NCBI GenBank assembly: GCA_000002445.1
Contig: CP000071.1
Location: 1,184,001 to 1,248,000, forward strand
Length of the DNA stretch: 64,000 nucleotides
Direction: 5' to 3'
Source: Trypanosoma brucei
Taxonomy: Eukaryota
Shown here piece after piece: positions 19,333 through 28,950 of this stretch. The notes beneath the pieces are model-generated. The model searched no databases. It saw nothing but the letters and a program-made list of their open reading frames with translations, and had not been told where the DNA came from. Positions within the stretch are counted from its first letter, which is position 1. The number at the start of each line of letters is the position of its first letter. Made by a program: the position numbers and the translations under genes.

Positions 19333-21585
19333 TCACTGCTCGACCCTTTCTTTGTTGCCGTAGGCAGATGCGTAATCTTGCTCATCCTCATCCAGTGTAC
19401 TCACGAATTTCGGACGAGCGGGTGCGACTACGGCGGCAAGGCGTCTGCGTTTCGATGTGAACACGACAGCTAACACGATGAGGACGGCTACGATAAGTGC
19501 ACACACTACCGCGATTATGATTAGGCACACGCGACCGCACTTTGGCGCCTTCTCTGTGGTGGGTCTGACGGTATCGTTGTTCAGGTGGTCGTTCAAGTCT
19601 TGCCAGTCAATCTCACCGACGCATTCCGACACATCGAACGTATAGTTTCCAGGAATGAATACTTCGTACAGACTCATCTCAACGTAGGGTGGCTGGTAAA
19701 AAAGCGATACCGTGCGGTTCGTTATCGTGGACTGGCATACTCCAGTTACATTGCTATCAAGTGCCGTGGCAATGGTGGTTCGGCTATGGTCACCAACCTC
19801 TTCCCTACGTGCCATGCTTCTCCCGGTGCTACGTTCTTCACATTTCTTTATTTGATTCATCACCTCGTCGTGTATGTACCAGCGTACTTCCTGTTCCTCA
19901 TCCGGAGTCAGTGATGAGAAGTTGAACGGGGGATTGGAGAAGGTTACATCGACGTGAGTGTCCGAGCTCCGCAAGTATTTGATGAATGAGTGGGCAGTCT
20001 CAGTGAGGTTCGCATCTGACAGCAAGTCGTGGGTCACGGTGTTGTTGAACGAGGCTGGCATCAGTAGCTTCACTGTTGTGATATTTTCAGCGTCACTGCT
20101 CTCAGCCTTAAGGGGCATGTCCGCGTAGATGAGCGTGAAATTGAGTACCTCACCCGCCTCCTTTGCGAGCTTCCGACGGAGAGCATCAAGACTCAGGCGA
20201 TTGCAATATGGGACCATTGTGCTGTCCATGTACACCTGTTCGTCAGTAAGGTTGTAGTACTCATCCGCAGCCTCCTTTGTGTGTTCATAGTTACTCTCGT
20301 GCAAGGCCTGTTCGGTTTTCTCGTCATCAAAGTCCGGCTGTTGCACACCGGCGGTGAAATTCGTTAGCCATGTTGTGGAGTCCACATGTACGGAAGAAGA
20401 GGCAACAATACTTTCGGTGGTGCCGAGCGCAGTGTTGATGTCCTCAGTGAGGTTCCCCACAATCCACTCCATGATGTCTTTATCAGGGTATCCAACTGGT
20501 AACGGGCGCCCGGGGAAGAGACCCTGCACGTACACTGGTGGAAGTGTCACAGAACGCAGGACACTTTTCTTTTCCGATGTAACATACATTTCGTACTCCG
20601 TCACCACGAGCAATCGGGTTATCTCACAAAGAAGCGTGTCATCTCCCTCAGTATTGGGAAGACACGAGTTCGTGCTTCCTCCGGCGAATCGTTTCGTCGT
20701 AAGTTTATTACCGTCGGTCGAAACGCGGTGTAACTCATTTTGTGTTGCCGCGAGTAGATCACCAGACCGTGTGCTGGTAATGTCCACATATTCACCATCC
20801 ACCTCTGCGATCTTGTGGCCCTGCAGGTCGAACCAGCAGATGGTGCCCTGCTTCGCGGGGCCGCGAGCAACAACAAAGATGCCCTGCTGCGTGGCGGCAA
20901 TGCCGATGGGACCATAGATACTGCAGTTTGCACTCAGAGCCACGTGGCTGTGACATGCGATTGGGTCACCGTCGCTTCCCACTTCACACGTCCATACAGT
21001 ATTTGTGTTTTGCTCTGTCAGATACAGGTGGTTCCCGTACAAAGCTACGCCTGTCAGCGAGCCATTGCGGACTACGTCATGAGAGAAGACACCGCTGTCC
21101 TTGAAATACTTCACCTCACCCATACTCTCAACAAAGTAAACAAATGTGGAGCCACCAACTGTCCACTGCACGCAGGCGCGCGGTTTGTCAACTTTGACAC
21201 TACGCGACCCGCTTTTCTGATCCTCGTCTGTCTCCCATGCCGTGATTGTAGTGGTCTCACGGTTCTTGCGCGAGAAGGCACGGAAGCGGTCAACTGTCCC
21301 CAAAAGGATCTCGTCACTATTCCTGCCTCTGCACATAGCGTGGGGTGACGATAATTCCGACATGCCAGGGAACCCGTCCTTATCACCAATATGACCGTAC
21401 TTGCCAGCGACGGTGGTCACATGGCGCTTCAGTTCAATGGGAGCGGCTCCACTTCTCACTACAATCGTTGCGACGGTGGCCACGAGCAAAAGCATCTGGG
21501 ATACGTAACCTAAGTGCACGGTTCCTACTACTTCCCTCACATTCATTGTTTCCACCTCACAGTTGGTTTGTTTCCACAACGGCAT
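19333..21585 (-). CDS. FLA1BP: FLA1-binding-protein-like NHL-repeat type-I membrane glycoprotein. It is about 750 aa from the first ATG; the track ORF is 752 aa from a TTG. Unit copy 1.
   Basis: An N-terminal hydrophobic signal or anchor is present (LLLVATVATIVV). NHL-like repeats are present (TVAGKYGHIGDKDGFPGMSELSSPHAM...). There are more than 15 NxS/T sequons and a C-terminal TM CLIIIAVVCALIVAVLIVLAVVF followed by a basic cytoplasmic tail. Length and position, adjacent to FLA2 and EndoG, match FLA1BP as I recall it. Confidence 0.7.
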   Translation of the reverse strand: MPLWKQTNCEVETMNVREVVGTVHLGYVSQMLLLVATVATIVVRSGAAPIELKRHVTTVAGKYGHIGDKDGFPGMSELSSPHAMCRGRNSDEILLGTVDRFRAFSRKNRETTTITAWETDEDQKSGSRSVKVDKPRACVQWTVGGSTFVYFVESMGEVKYFKDSGVFSHDVVRNGSLTGVALYGNHLYLTEQNTNTVWTCEVGSDGDPIACHSHVALSANCSIYGPIGIAATQQGIFVVARGPAKQGTICWFDLQGHKIAEVDGEYVDITSTRSGDLLAATQNELHRVSTDGNKLTTKRFAGGSTNSCLPNTEGDDTLLCEITRLLVVTEYEMYVTSEKKSVLRSVTLPPVYVQGLFPGRPLPVGYPDKDIMEWIVGNLTEDINTALGTTESIVASSSVHVDSTTWLTNFTAGVQQPDFDDEKTEQALHESNYEHTKEAADEYYNLTDEQVYMDSTMVPYCNRLSLDALRRKLAKEAGEVLNFTLIYADMPLKAESSDAENITTVKLLMPASFNNTVTHDLLSDANLTETAHSFIKYLRSSDTHVDVTFSNPPFNFSSLTPDEEQEVRWYIHDEVMNQIKKCEERSTGRSMARREEVGDHSRTTIATALDSNVTGVCQSTITNRTVSLFYQPPYVEMSLYEVFIPGNYTFDVSECVGEIDWQDLNDHLNNDTVRPTTEKAPKCGRVCLIIIAVVCALIVAVLIVLAVVFTSKRRRLAAVVAPARPKFVSTLDEDEQDYASAYGNKERVEQ

Positions 21586-22257
21586 GCGCAATCGAGAAAT
21601 TACAGTGGGGTCACTAGCCTCTGCCTTACCTAACGCGAAAGGATCCAGTGTTCTGTTAACTTCCTCTAATTACCTGCCCTCAGAGAGAGGCCGGCTACAA
21701 TTCCTTATATGGCACCCCAGAAGCGCGGCACAAGAGTCGCGGGCAACGAAGACGCAAAAAAGAAGGAAAGGGATAGACAAAGAATAGGTACGCGAAGAGA
21801 CTTTTGGTCATTGGAACGCCAAAACTCGTATGTAATGTATACAGGTGACTGTTCACGCAGAACCTGCAAATGTTGCTTCCAACTCTACGGTCTCTTCTAA
21901 AACGATGCAGCTGCAAAATCAAAAGTGCCTTTTAAAACATATTGCGTAGCAAATTTTTTTTTCTTTGGGGGGGGGAGGTAGTGGAGGGAAAACATTTTAA
22001 ATGGGTATACCTATTCTATCACTTACGTAATCACACGCTTTTTCTTACTGTCATAAATACGTATTTTCTGCACAAAAAGATTTGTTTCCTCACCCAAAAT
22101 GAGCAAGGTGTAGCCATCACATGACGACCAGAAACGCACACCCACCCAACTCTAACCTCATGCGAAGTAGTCGCAGAGGTTGCCTCTCACTATTCCCCAC
22201 CGGCTGTCACCTCCATTACGTATCCATGAGTGACTCCGAAGTCACTTGCAGCTCCAA

Positions 22258-24030
22258 CTACTCCAGCGCCGGCAGTCGCACAAAAGTAGATCTTGCATTC
22301 GGTGGACTTGCTATGAGCAACCACAGCAGCATGATGGCAAGAAGGCCCAAGAGCACTGAGGAGGCGATTCCTGCAGCACGCAGGTCCTCATGCACCTGGA
22401 ACTGAAGCTCGTCTACACACAGAGATTCATTGAAGGAAATGTACTGACAATCATCCACACACTTCACCATGCAGAATGGTGATAGGTGATCCCACTCCTC
22501 TTGTCGTACCAATTCATCAAGAAACTTCCGTGTCCAGTTCCATGGAGACGAGAACAACCGCTTCTGTAGTTCTTGCTTGCTCCTACCAGGAGGCCCTTGG
22601 TAGTTGGTAATAAGGATGTTCTTGTCGAAGTTCTCTAGAGCTGTCAAGTTTGTCCACGTCGAAACATTTGTACCACCAGGCACGTCATTGTAACCTGGGG
22701 GGAGGAAAACAGCAAAAAAGTCATCTGTGCCGAAAGCGATCTCAACATCCCTCATAATCCACGAATACAGAGCATGCATAAGTTTTACATCATCAATTGG
22801 GAACGAAGAAGCGCGAAAGGCGGCAACAGCTGTGGGTCTCGGAGGTGAAGGGGGATCCGGATTGGGAGTAATCGGCGGCGGCGGCGGCGGCGGTGGTGGT
22901 GGTGGCGGTGGCGGTGGCGGCTGCACTGATGGTGATGGTGACGGCGATGCTGATGGGCTGGGAGAAGGTGATGGCGGCACCGAAGGCGTGGGAGGGGGCG
23001 TTGGTGGAGGCGTTGGCGTCGGTGTATAGCCTACATCACGAATGGCATACACGGCCGTTTCTGTTGTAGCATAATACTCTTTGTCATTCACCCTCAACAA
23101 TGAGACAATCCGATCATAGTCCCATTTCAACATTGACTGCGCACACCATTGGGATGCTGGAGATGGGCGTTCCACCTCTAGTGACATGATGTACCCCTCT
23201 CCATTGGGCTCACCGTAATAATATAGTTTATCCTCTGCTTGAGTCAGCATCAGAGCACTTTTGTAGTGCAGACACGTCACATCACCTATATCCTTACTTT
23301 TTCCAATATCAGACTCCCCAGTTTTGCTCAAATTAACCGCTGCAATCCATGAGGTGTTTTTTACGACATACATCATGTTCTTTTCTTTGCTTATTTGCAT
23401 CACACCAGGTTGGAAGCCAGCGACTAGTGTAGTTACCACTGTGTTATTAGCATCCAGTGGCACATAAAGGATCTGCGAATTGCCTGTGTCGGAAATGAAT
23501 AGATTCTGAGTCCCGTTCAATGTGAATGGGAGAATATCCTTCGGTTTGTTAAGGTCTTGTGGTCCATATCTGGTTACATTGCCCTCAGCATCTATTCGCC
23601 TAATACAGTTGTTATCCCTGTCTGCCACGTAAATATCATCGTTGACGCTTACAACTGAGGTGGGATTGTTGAATAGTGCATCTCCCTTGGGGCCGTCTTT
23701 ATTACCACGTTGCGTCAGACTGCCTGCAATTGTATATATGCCAGTTTTGTTTACGAGTCGCACGGTGGATCCACCACCTTCGATATCACATAAAAGTAAA
23801 GGAAAACGCTTCTTTTGGAAGAAACCACCAGACGCCTTGAAAAGTTTTCCCTTTGCACTTTCGCCATCCGCCTGCCCAACAGTACAAGTAGTACAACTGT
23901 TGAAGAGGTTCACAATCACCTTGGTGCCCACGGTTTGGTCTCCTATAACGGGACTCACAAAACCCAGCAGCAGCAACAACGCTGCCACGAGTGCGGCCAA
24001 TGCTTCCCGTGATTCAGTCCTGCCACCCAT
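22258..24030 (-). CDS. FLA2: Flagellum adhesion glycoprotein FLA2-like. 590 aa. It is the FLA1 paralogue with a 44-aa Pro-rich insertion between the propeller and the membrane-proximal domain. Unit copy 2.
   Basis: The ATG was verified. It shares the signal peptide and NHL repeats with the 546-aa protein. The extra stalk reads TPTPTPPPTPPPTPSVPPSPSPSPSASPSPSPSVQPPPPPPPPPPPPPPPPITPNPDPPSPP. The C-terminal TM is LLGLLAIMLLWLLIA. Confidence 0.75.
   Translation of the reverse strand: MGGRTESREALAALVAALLLLLGFVSPVIGDQTVGTKVIVNLFNSCTTCTVGQADGESAKGKLFKASGGFFQKKRFPLLLCDIEGGGSTVRLVNKTGIYTIAGSLTQRGNKDGPKGDALFNNPTSVVSVNDDIYVADRDNNCIRRIDAEGNVTRYGPQDLNKPKDILPFTLNGTQNLFISDTGNSQILYVPLDANNTVVTTLVAGFQPGVMQISKEKNMMYVVKNTSWIAAVNLSKTGESDIGKSKDIGDVTCLHYKSALMLTQAEDKLYYYGEPNGEGYIMSLEVERPSPASQWCAQSMLKWDYDRIVSLLRVNDKEYYATTETAVYAIRDVGYTPTPTPPPTPPPTPSVPPSPSPSPSASPSPSPSVQPPPPPPPPPPPPPPPPITPNPDPPSPPRPTAVAAFRASSFPIDDVKLMHALYSWIMRDVEIAFGTDDFFAVFLPPGYNDVPGGTNVSTWTNLTALENFDKNILITNYQGPPGRSKQELQKRLFSSPWNWTRKFLDELVRQEEWDHLSPFCMVKCVDDCQYISFNESLCVDELQFQVHEDLRAAGIASSVLLGLLAIMLLWLLIASPPNARSTFVRLPALE
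22874..22918. repeat. GGN trinucleotide repeat, (GGC/GGT)15, encoding the poly-Pro run of FLA2 on the minus strand.
   Basis: The sequence reads ggcggcggcggcggcggtggtggtggtggcggtggcggtggcggc. An identical copy lies at 32492-32536. It is absent from the 546-aa paralogue. Confidence 0.85.
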
Positions 24031-24217
24031 TCCTGTTGCTCCACACTGTGATTCTATCAGTCAGTCGCTATATGTATATATATATATATATGTATATACC
24101 CCACGGATCTACCGTTGGGAAACAAACCTCAACCACAAAAGCGACCTATTAGCTCTGCTCAGTGAACTCACAACTCCCTTTAGTTGTCTTGTGATGATAT
24201 TATTATTCACACATCAG

Positions 24218-24323
24218 AACAAAGGAAAACAAAGGAAGCCAAAGGAAGACAAAAGAGGAGAAAGGAATCCGACACGTGAGAGAGAACAACAGTGGACGCA
24301 GACAGACGAAAGAAAAACACAGA
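24218..24323 (-). promoter_or_regulatory. Polypyrimidine tract, the trans-splice signal upstream of FLA2 (copy 2).
   Basis: This is the same purine-rich plus-strand block as at 14600-14705, shifted by 9618 bp. Confidence 0.4.
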
Positions 24324-24401
24324 TGCATTGAAGCCACGCATTTAGGGTTGGGGAAACATATTCAGAGTTTGAAAGCCACGCTTCACTCCTTCGTATTTTG
24401 A

Positions 24402-25130
24402 CTAAGGCAACGCAGACCCGCCACCCGCCGGTCCCTTACCAATGTGGAGGAAATTGCAGTACTTCCCACGCCTGCAGCCCTCCCGAGTGAGGAAGAAAGT
24501 ACATACCCTGCCATATGTTGCATTTCCCACGTGGCGCTCATTTCGACGGATCTGTGAGAGGCGGTAATCCTCAGAAGAGGATGCTGCACTGGTTGGGAGC
24601 AGTGGGGAACCTGCAGGGGATGGCAGTGGTGTAGCCATGTTCTGTTGATGAGCAGAGTTTCGACCACCCGCCACAACCCCTATTCCCTGTGACGGAGGGG
24701 CATGTGGTAGTGATGAGGATGCGGTACCCCCCGCACATCCGTAAGGCGGTGTGGTGCCAGTAGCGCTGTTGTGTGGCAGGGGGCACTCCCTCATACGTCC
24801 TTCGGCATTAGCGTCCCGCGGACGACCTGAGGCTACTTGGAGTTCTATAGAGAAGGGGTCGGGGCAGTTAACGCCACAGTGTCCGTTTATGGCTGAATAG
24901 AATTCCATAAGTGCCTGATGCGCTACGTGTGTCGGTGGGCGCAGCGAGAGGACGTTAGGTGTAGCAACGGACAACACTTTCTCCGATGATAGCGGTTGGT
25001 ACGGCGAGTTCTGAATCTTGCGCACGAGGCACACTGCCGATGGGGCTGCATGCTCCACAATGTAGTTCACCATCGCTCTCGTTGTGAGTTGCTGGGTAGT
25101 TGACGTTGCTTCCGCAGACGAGATGGTCAT
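24402..25130 (-). CDS. CCCH zinc-finger protein, 242 aa, unit copy 2. Identical to copy 1.
   Basis: The protein is identical to that of 14784..15512. Confidence 0.65.
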   Translation of the reverse strand: MTISSAEATSTTQQLTTRAMVNYIVEHAAPSAVCLVRKIQNSPYQPLSSEKVLSVATPNVLSLRPPTHVAHQALMEFYSAINGHCGVNCPDPFSIELQVASGRPRDANAEGRMRECPLPHNSATGTTPPYGCAGGTASSSLPHAPPSQGIGVVAGGRNSAHQQNMATPLPSPAGSPLLPTSAASSSEDYRLSQIRRNERHVGNATYGRVCTFFLTREGCRRGKYCNFLHIGKGPAGGGSALP

Positions 25131-25364
25131 TCAACTGCACGCGTATATACCCCCCACCCGTGCGGTTTTACAATGTTTCCGGGAGAAGAAATGAGGCTAC
25201 CTTACCTTGGGATATTCACCCACACAAACGGAAATTATCAACGATCCTACCTGCTTCGGGGTGGTTCTTCACATGCATCTGAACAAACCAACAACCAGTA
25301 GCAGCACAGCAACAATGTACAACAAGTATACAATCACACCATCCCTCTTACATAGATTCTCCTT

Positions 25365-26063
25365 TTAGTCTTCCTCATCCTCTTTCCCTTCGTAACACAC
25401 CTCACTTTCCTCCACTTCCTCATCGCTACTTTCCGATTCAACACCCGAAAAACATTGCCGCCGCAGATTCAAAACCCCACGCGAGTAGTACGTTGCCATT
25501 CTTTCCACAGGAAGACTTAGGAAGTCCTGCACGCATGACGCTCTGTGCTCTTGCATGAATGCTATCACGGCCCACAGTTCAGCCATAGCCCAGATGTCAC
25601 TACGGAGGGGACTCTTCTTTTCTGCTTCACCATCCTTTGCAGCGATCGCCACGTGGTCAGTCTTGCTATTATTGTTAGCATGTGACATAGCCCCAGCAAG
25701 ACACATGTGCTCACCAACGAACTTCACTAGCCTATAGTTATGATTGGGATGCACCGTAACGTTTCCAGTGTTGGGACATGGTAGCAATAGGATAGGGGTC
25801 TCCTCATCCGTTATGTCCTGCAGCAACACACCCGCTTGTCCAAGTAGTTGCCGAAGGTTCAGGGACGGTGCGGCAGAGGGCACCTGAGTTACCCTCCCAT
25901 TAATGCGGATAACAAAGTGCGCCTCCTCATCGGTTCCACACTCCTTAGATCGGCCGCGCTTGCGAGTTCCCTTAACCACTTCTTGACCCGCCAATCGTGT
26001 CATGACCTCTACCAATACCTTTAGTGATTGATCAACGGGGGAGAAAATCTTAGATAAGCACAT
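25365..26063 (-). CDS. Hypothetical acidic-tailed protein, about 232 aa, unit copy 2.
   Basis: The protein is identical to copy 1. The ATG at 26063-26061 was verified, and the track start at 26078 is a TTG. Confidence 0.55.
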   Translation of the reverse strand: MCLSKIFSPVDQSLKVLVEVMTRLAGQEVVKGTRKRGRSKECGTDEEAHFVIRINGRVTQVPSAAPSLNLRQLLGQAGVLLQDITDEETPILLLPCPNTGNVTVHPNHNYRLVKFVGEHMCLAGAMSHANNNSKTDHVAIAAKDGEAEKKSPLRSDIWAMAELWAVIAFMQEHRASCVQDFLSLPVERMATYYSRGVLNLRRQCFSGVESESSDEEVEESEVCYEGKEDEED

Positions 26064-26458
26064 ATGGATGGCGCGCAACTGAAGTTGGGATGGCGGCTCG
26101 ACTGATGCAACGTGACGACCAATCTTATCCTAGTCAGAGTGACGTGGTGTAGGTATGGTGAGGCCACTGCAGTCGGAACGCTGAGAGTGTTCAGCACTAA
26201 AAACATTTCACGGGAGGATCCCTAAACTGACACAGCAACTGTTCATATGTCCACTACACGATGAACCAGGGATACCATCGCGGAGGTGTAATTTAATCCA
26301 CAGACACTGCGGGAGGTATTGCTGGGGTTAGATCTCGAATAGTGCTACAGGCACTCAACAATTGCCGGACACAAAAGACTAATGGACACACACACCGCTT
26401 TCTTTGCCTAAAGTGCAGCCCTGGAAAGTTACAAATAAGGAATGACAGGTACCGTGAG

Positions 26459-27979
26459 TTAACCGGTGTCGTTGGTCGACACAACCATTAGTTCCCTCAG
26501 GCGCTCTCTATATTCCTGTGCTACAACCCCATCCAGAGCAACTGTTATTCCGGCTGTGTTGCCACACTTCTGCTGCTGTTCTGCAAGCAGGATGCTGTAA
26601 ACACTCTGCAATTCAGGAAGAGAACCCGCCGCCCGTAGACGCGCCACGTCTCGGTACGAGCGAAACATTCCTGCGGTACGTGCTTCACACACCACGCGTC
26701 TGCAAATATTTGGCAGAGCATCCAGTTCCCGCCCCCAGAACCGCGCGTCTGACCCAGCAGCGGCCACATTCCGAAAGAACTCCAAACCCGTCAGTCGCTC
26801 GATTTCTACCACAGGCACCTGGTAAGCTGTGAGGGGCCGCTCCACGGCAATCGGTTCGTTCGGCATTAGGAAGGCAGCAGCTTCATGTGCCCCGTCCGCT
26901 CGCTCACCTAATATAACTTTGAAGAGGTGTGTGGGGACCGCAACGTCGCGCTTGCCCACAAGCTCATAGCAGACAATCTTCCGCAAGTGCACTGCTGCCT
27001 TGTCATTTCCACAGTGGCAGTGTTCTCCAGAAGCCAACACTCCGCTACTCACAGGTTTTACTGGAGACGGACATTGCGATGGTTCCGCCCACCGCCACGT
27101 GCGCACATCACCATCCACGAGCCGCGGGTGGAAGACAGGTCCCGTCACTACCCACAATCCCCTCTCATAATACCGCCGCAACTTCCGTGTGAGGTTTTCC
27201 AACCGCAGCCAGTCGACAGCATTCATTGTCATGTCCTGTGGTACAGTGTTCGCATTCATGTTAAAGGTCTGAGCCAACTCAACAGTAGAGCTCTTGTGAA
27301 ACTGTGCGGCAGCAAGGTGACCTCGGCTGAGGCCTCGTGAGTGCTGTCCCCTGCCACCCCCAATATAGTCACCGGGCTGCACGCGGAACAACTGAGGCAC
27401 CGTCATGTCCGCAAAGAACCTCATTCCATCTCGCTGGGCTTCCGCTGCGGAAGCGTTTACTAAGTCGTTATCAGCCGTGACCACTGAATCAGCAGCAGTG
27501 GTCCTGCCGGGGATGTACTCCAACACCCAATTAGGGATACGACGCTCATAATTCAGACTAGAAACAAAGCCTTTGTAGTAGCGCAGGTGATCGTCGGACG
27601 GAAGCCCCTTGCTTGTAAGTCTTAGCACGAAAGGAGTAGTTTCCCCACCATCGTCGTTACACCTCTCCTTGGGGTATGCGGGCTGTGGGCATTGCACGTG
27701 TAACACCTCCGGACTTGTGCGCTCAGTCATCTGTTGATACGGAACAGGCGATGGATGGCATTTGTCCACACCAAACCAACCACCACGCTCCACAACCATT
27801 CCTATCGCGCCTCCCGCCAGCGCCGTACCAAGGAAGGCAAAGGCACGTCCCACGGAGGAAGCAGAAACCGCCATCGTATGCTTCTTCCTGCAGTTGATGC
27901 CACAAAGTGTAATAGAAGGAGTAAGTGGGATGACAGTGCACGTATCAGTGGGCATGAGCCGTACGGTGATGCGATGCAT
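26459..27979 (-). CDS. EndoG: Endonuclease G-like nuclease, unit copy 2.
   Basis: It differs from copy 1 by one residue (ELMVVSTNDTG versus ELMAVSTNDTG). Confidence 0.85.
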   Translation of the reverse strand: MHRITVRLMPTDTCTVIPLTPSITLCGINCRKKHTMAVSASSVGRAFAFLGTALAGGAIGMVVERGGWFGVDKCHPSPVPYQQMTERTSPEVLHVQCPQPAYPKERCNDDGGETTPFVLRLTSKGLPSDDHLRYYKGFVSSLNYERRIPNWVLEYIPGRTTAADSVVTADNDLVNASAAEAQRDGMRFFADMTVPQLFRVQPGDYIGGGRGQHSRGLSRGHLAAAQFHKSSTVELAQTFNMNANTVPQDMTMNAVDWLRLENLTRKLRRYYERGLWVVTGPVFHPRLVDGDVRTWRWAEPSQCPSPVKPVSSGVLASGEHCHCGNDKAAVHLRKIVCYELVGKRDVAVPTHLFKVILGERADGAHEAAAFLMPNEPIAVERPLTAYQVPVVEIERLTGLEFFRNVAAAGSDARFWGRELDALPNICRRVVCEARTAGMFRSYRDVARLRAAGSLPELQSVYSILLAEQQQKCGNTAGITVALDGVVAQEYRERLRELMVVSTNDTG

Positions 27980-28950
27980 TTTACGTATCGCTATGAGGTC
28001 CTTCCGTCCACATGACGAATACAGCTACAAATGATCTTGCACTACAGCGGGTGGTATTAACGATAAGGTTACATCAGCTTCAGCACACTTTGCTTCTGCT
28101 TTTAACCCTAGACTTATCTAATCCCTGCCGCCCACGCAGTTGCATAATTAAATAGAAGATAATAAGGGAGAATGAAAATGAATGAAGATGGGAAAATACG
28201 GTGAAGGAACACAAAGGGCACTATAGCAGTATAGGAGCACGCCACAAGAAGATGTGCTCGGACAAGCGGATGGATCACCAACAAGATAGGGGACCTTCGG
28301 AGGGTTTCACAGTTGGAGTCAGCATGGACTCACCTCAAAGGAAGACAAATAAGGGAAAAGAATAGAAAAAATAAAATTACGTTCCCCTGTGGCACAACGA
28401 CGGCAAGCGTCGGGGTACCTGAAGCTGTACAGGCGTGCTCGCTGTAGCGACCGCGCAGTCTTGTATTGTGCACTGCTTCACTGTAACATGATAGTTCATA
28501 CCCCAATATATGTTGCCTACAACCTTGTCCCCTACACACTCAGATGACACCGCACCAGTGGCATGCGGAACCGTAGTGGTAGGAGGCGGCAACCCAGGAA
28601 CCTCCAGCAGCTGAAAATATAATTTTGATGGAGAGATCTCTAGATAGAGCCGGCGTCTATGTATAAACATGCCGGCTGCACTGAGGCCGGCGTAGGGTAA
28701 CCCCAGAGCCGATGCCAACAACAACAAAAAAAAGAAATAACGACCGATCAATAACGATAAGAATGATAATGGTGGAAATACATGTACATGTACGGGAGCA
28801 CATGAATAACTAGTGAATAGCGAAAATAGCGATCAGTTGAGTTACTGAGACCTTTCCACCCTGCTCTCACTCAGTTACTGCAAGCACGTGTTGCATGGGA
28901 GTGGAAGGACAGTAAGACATTGCGCATGTTTGTGTGATAGTCTAGGAAAT

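Noticed and set aside
22727-23029. Plus-strand ORFs encoding poly-Gly (GGGGGGGGGGGGG...), also at 32345..32647.
   Set aside because: This is the antisense reading of the GGN repeat that encodes the FLA2 poly-Pro stalk on the minus strand. It is a frame artefact, not a gene.
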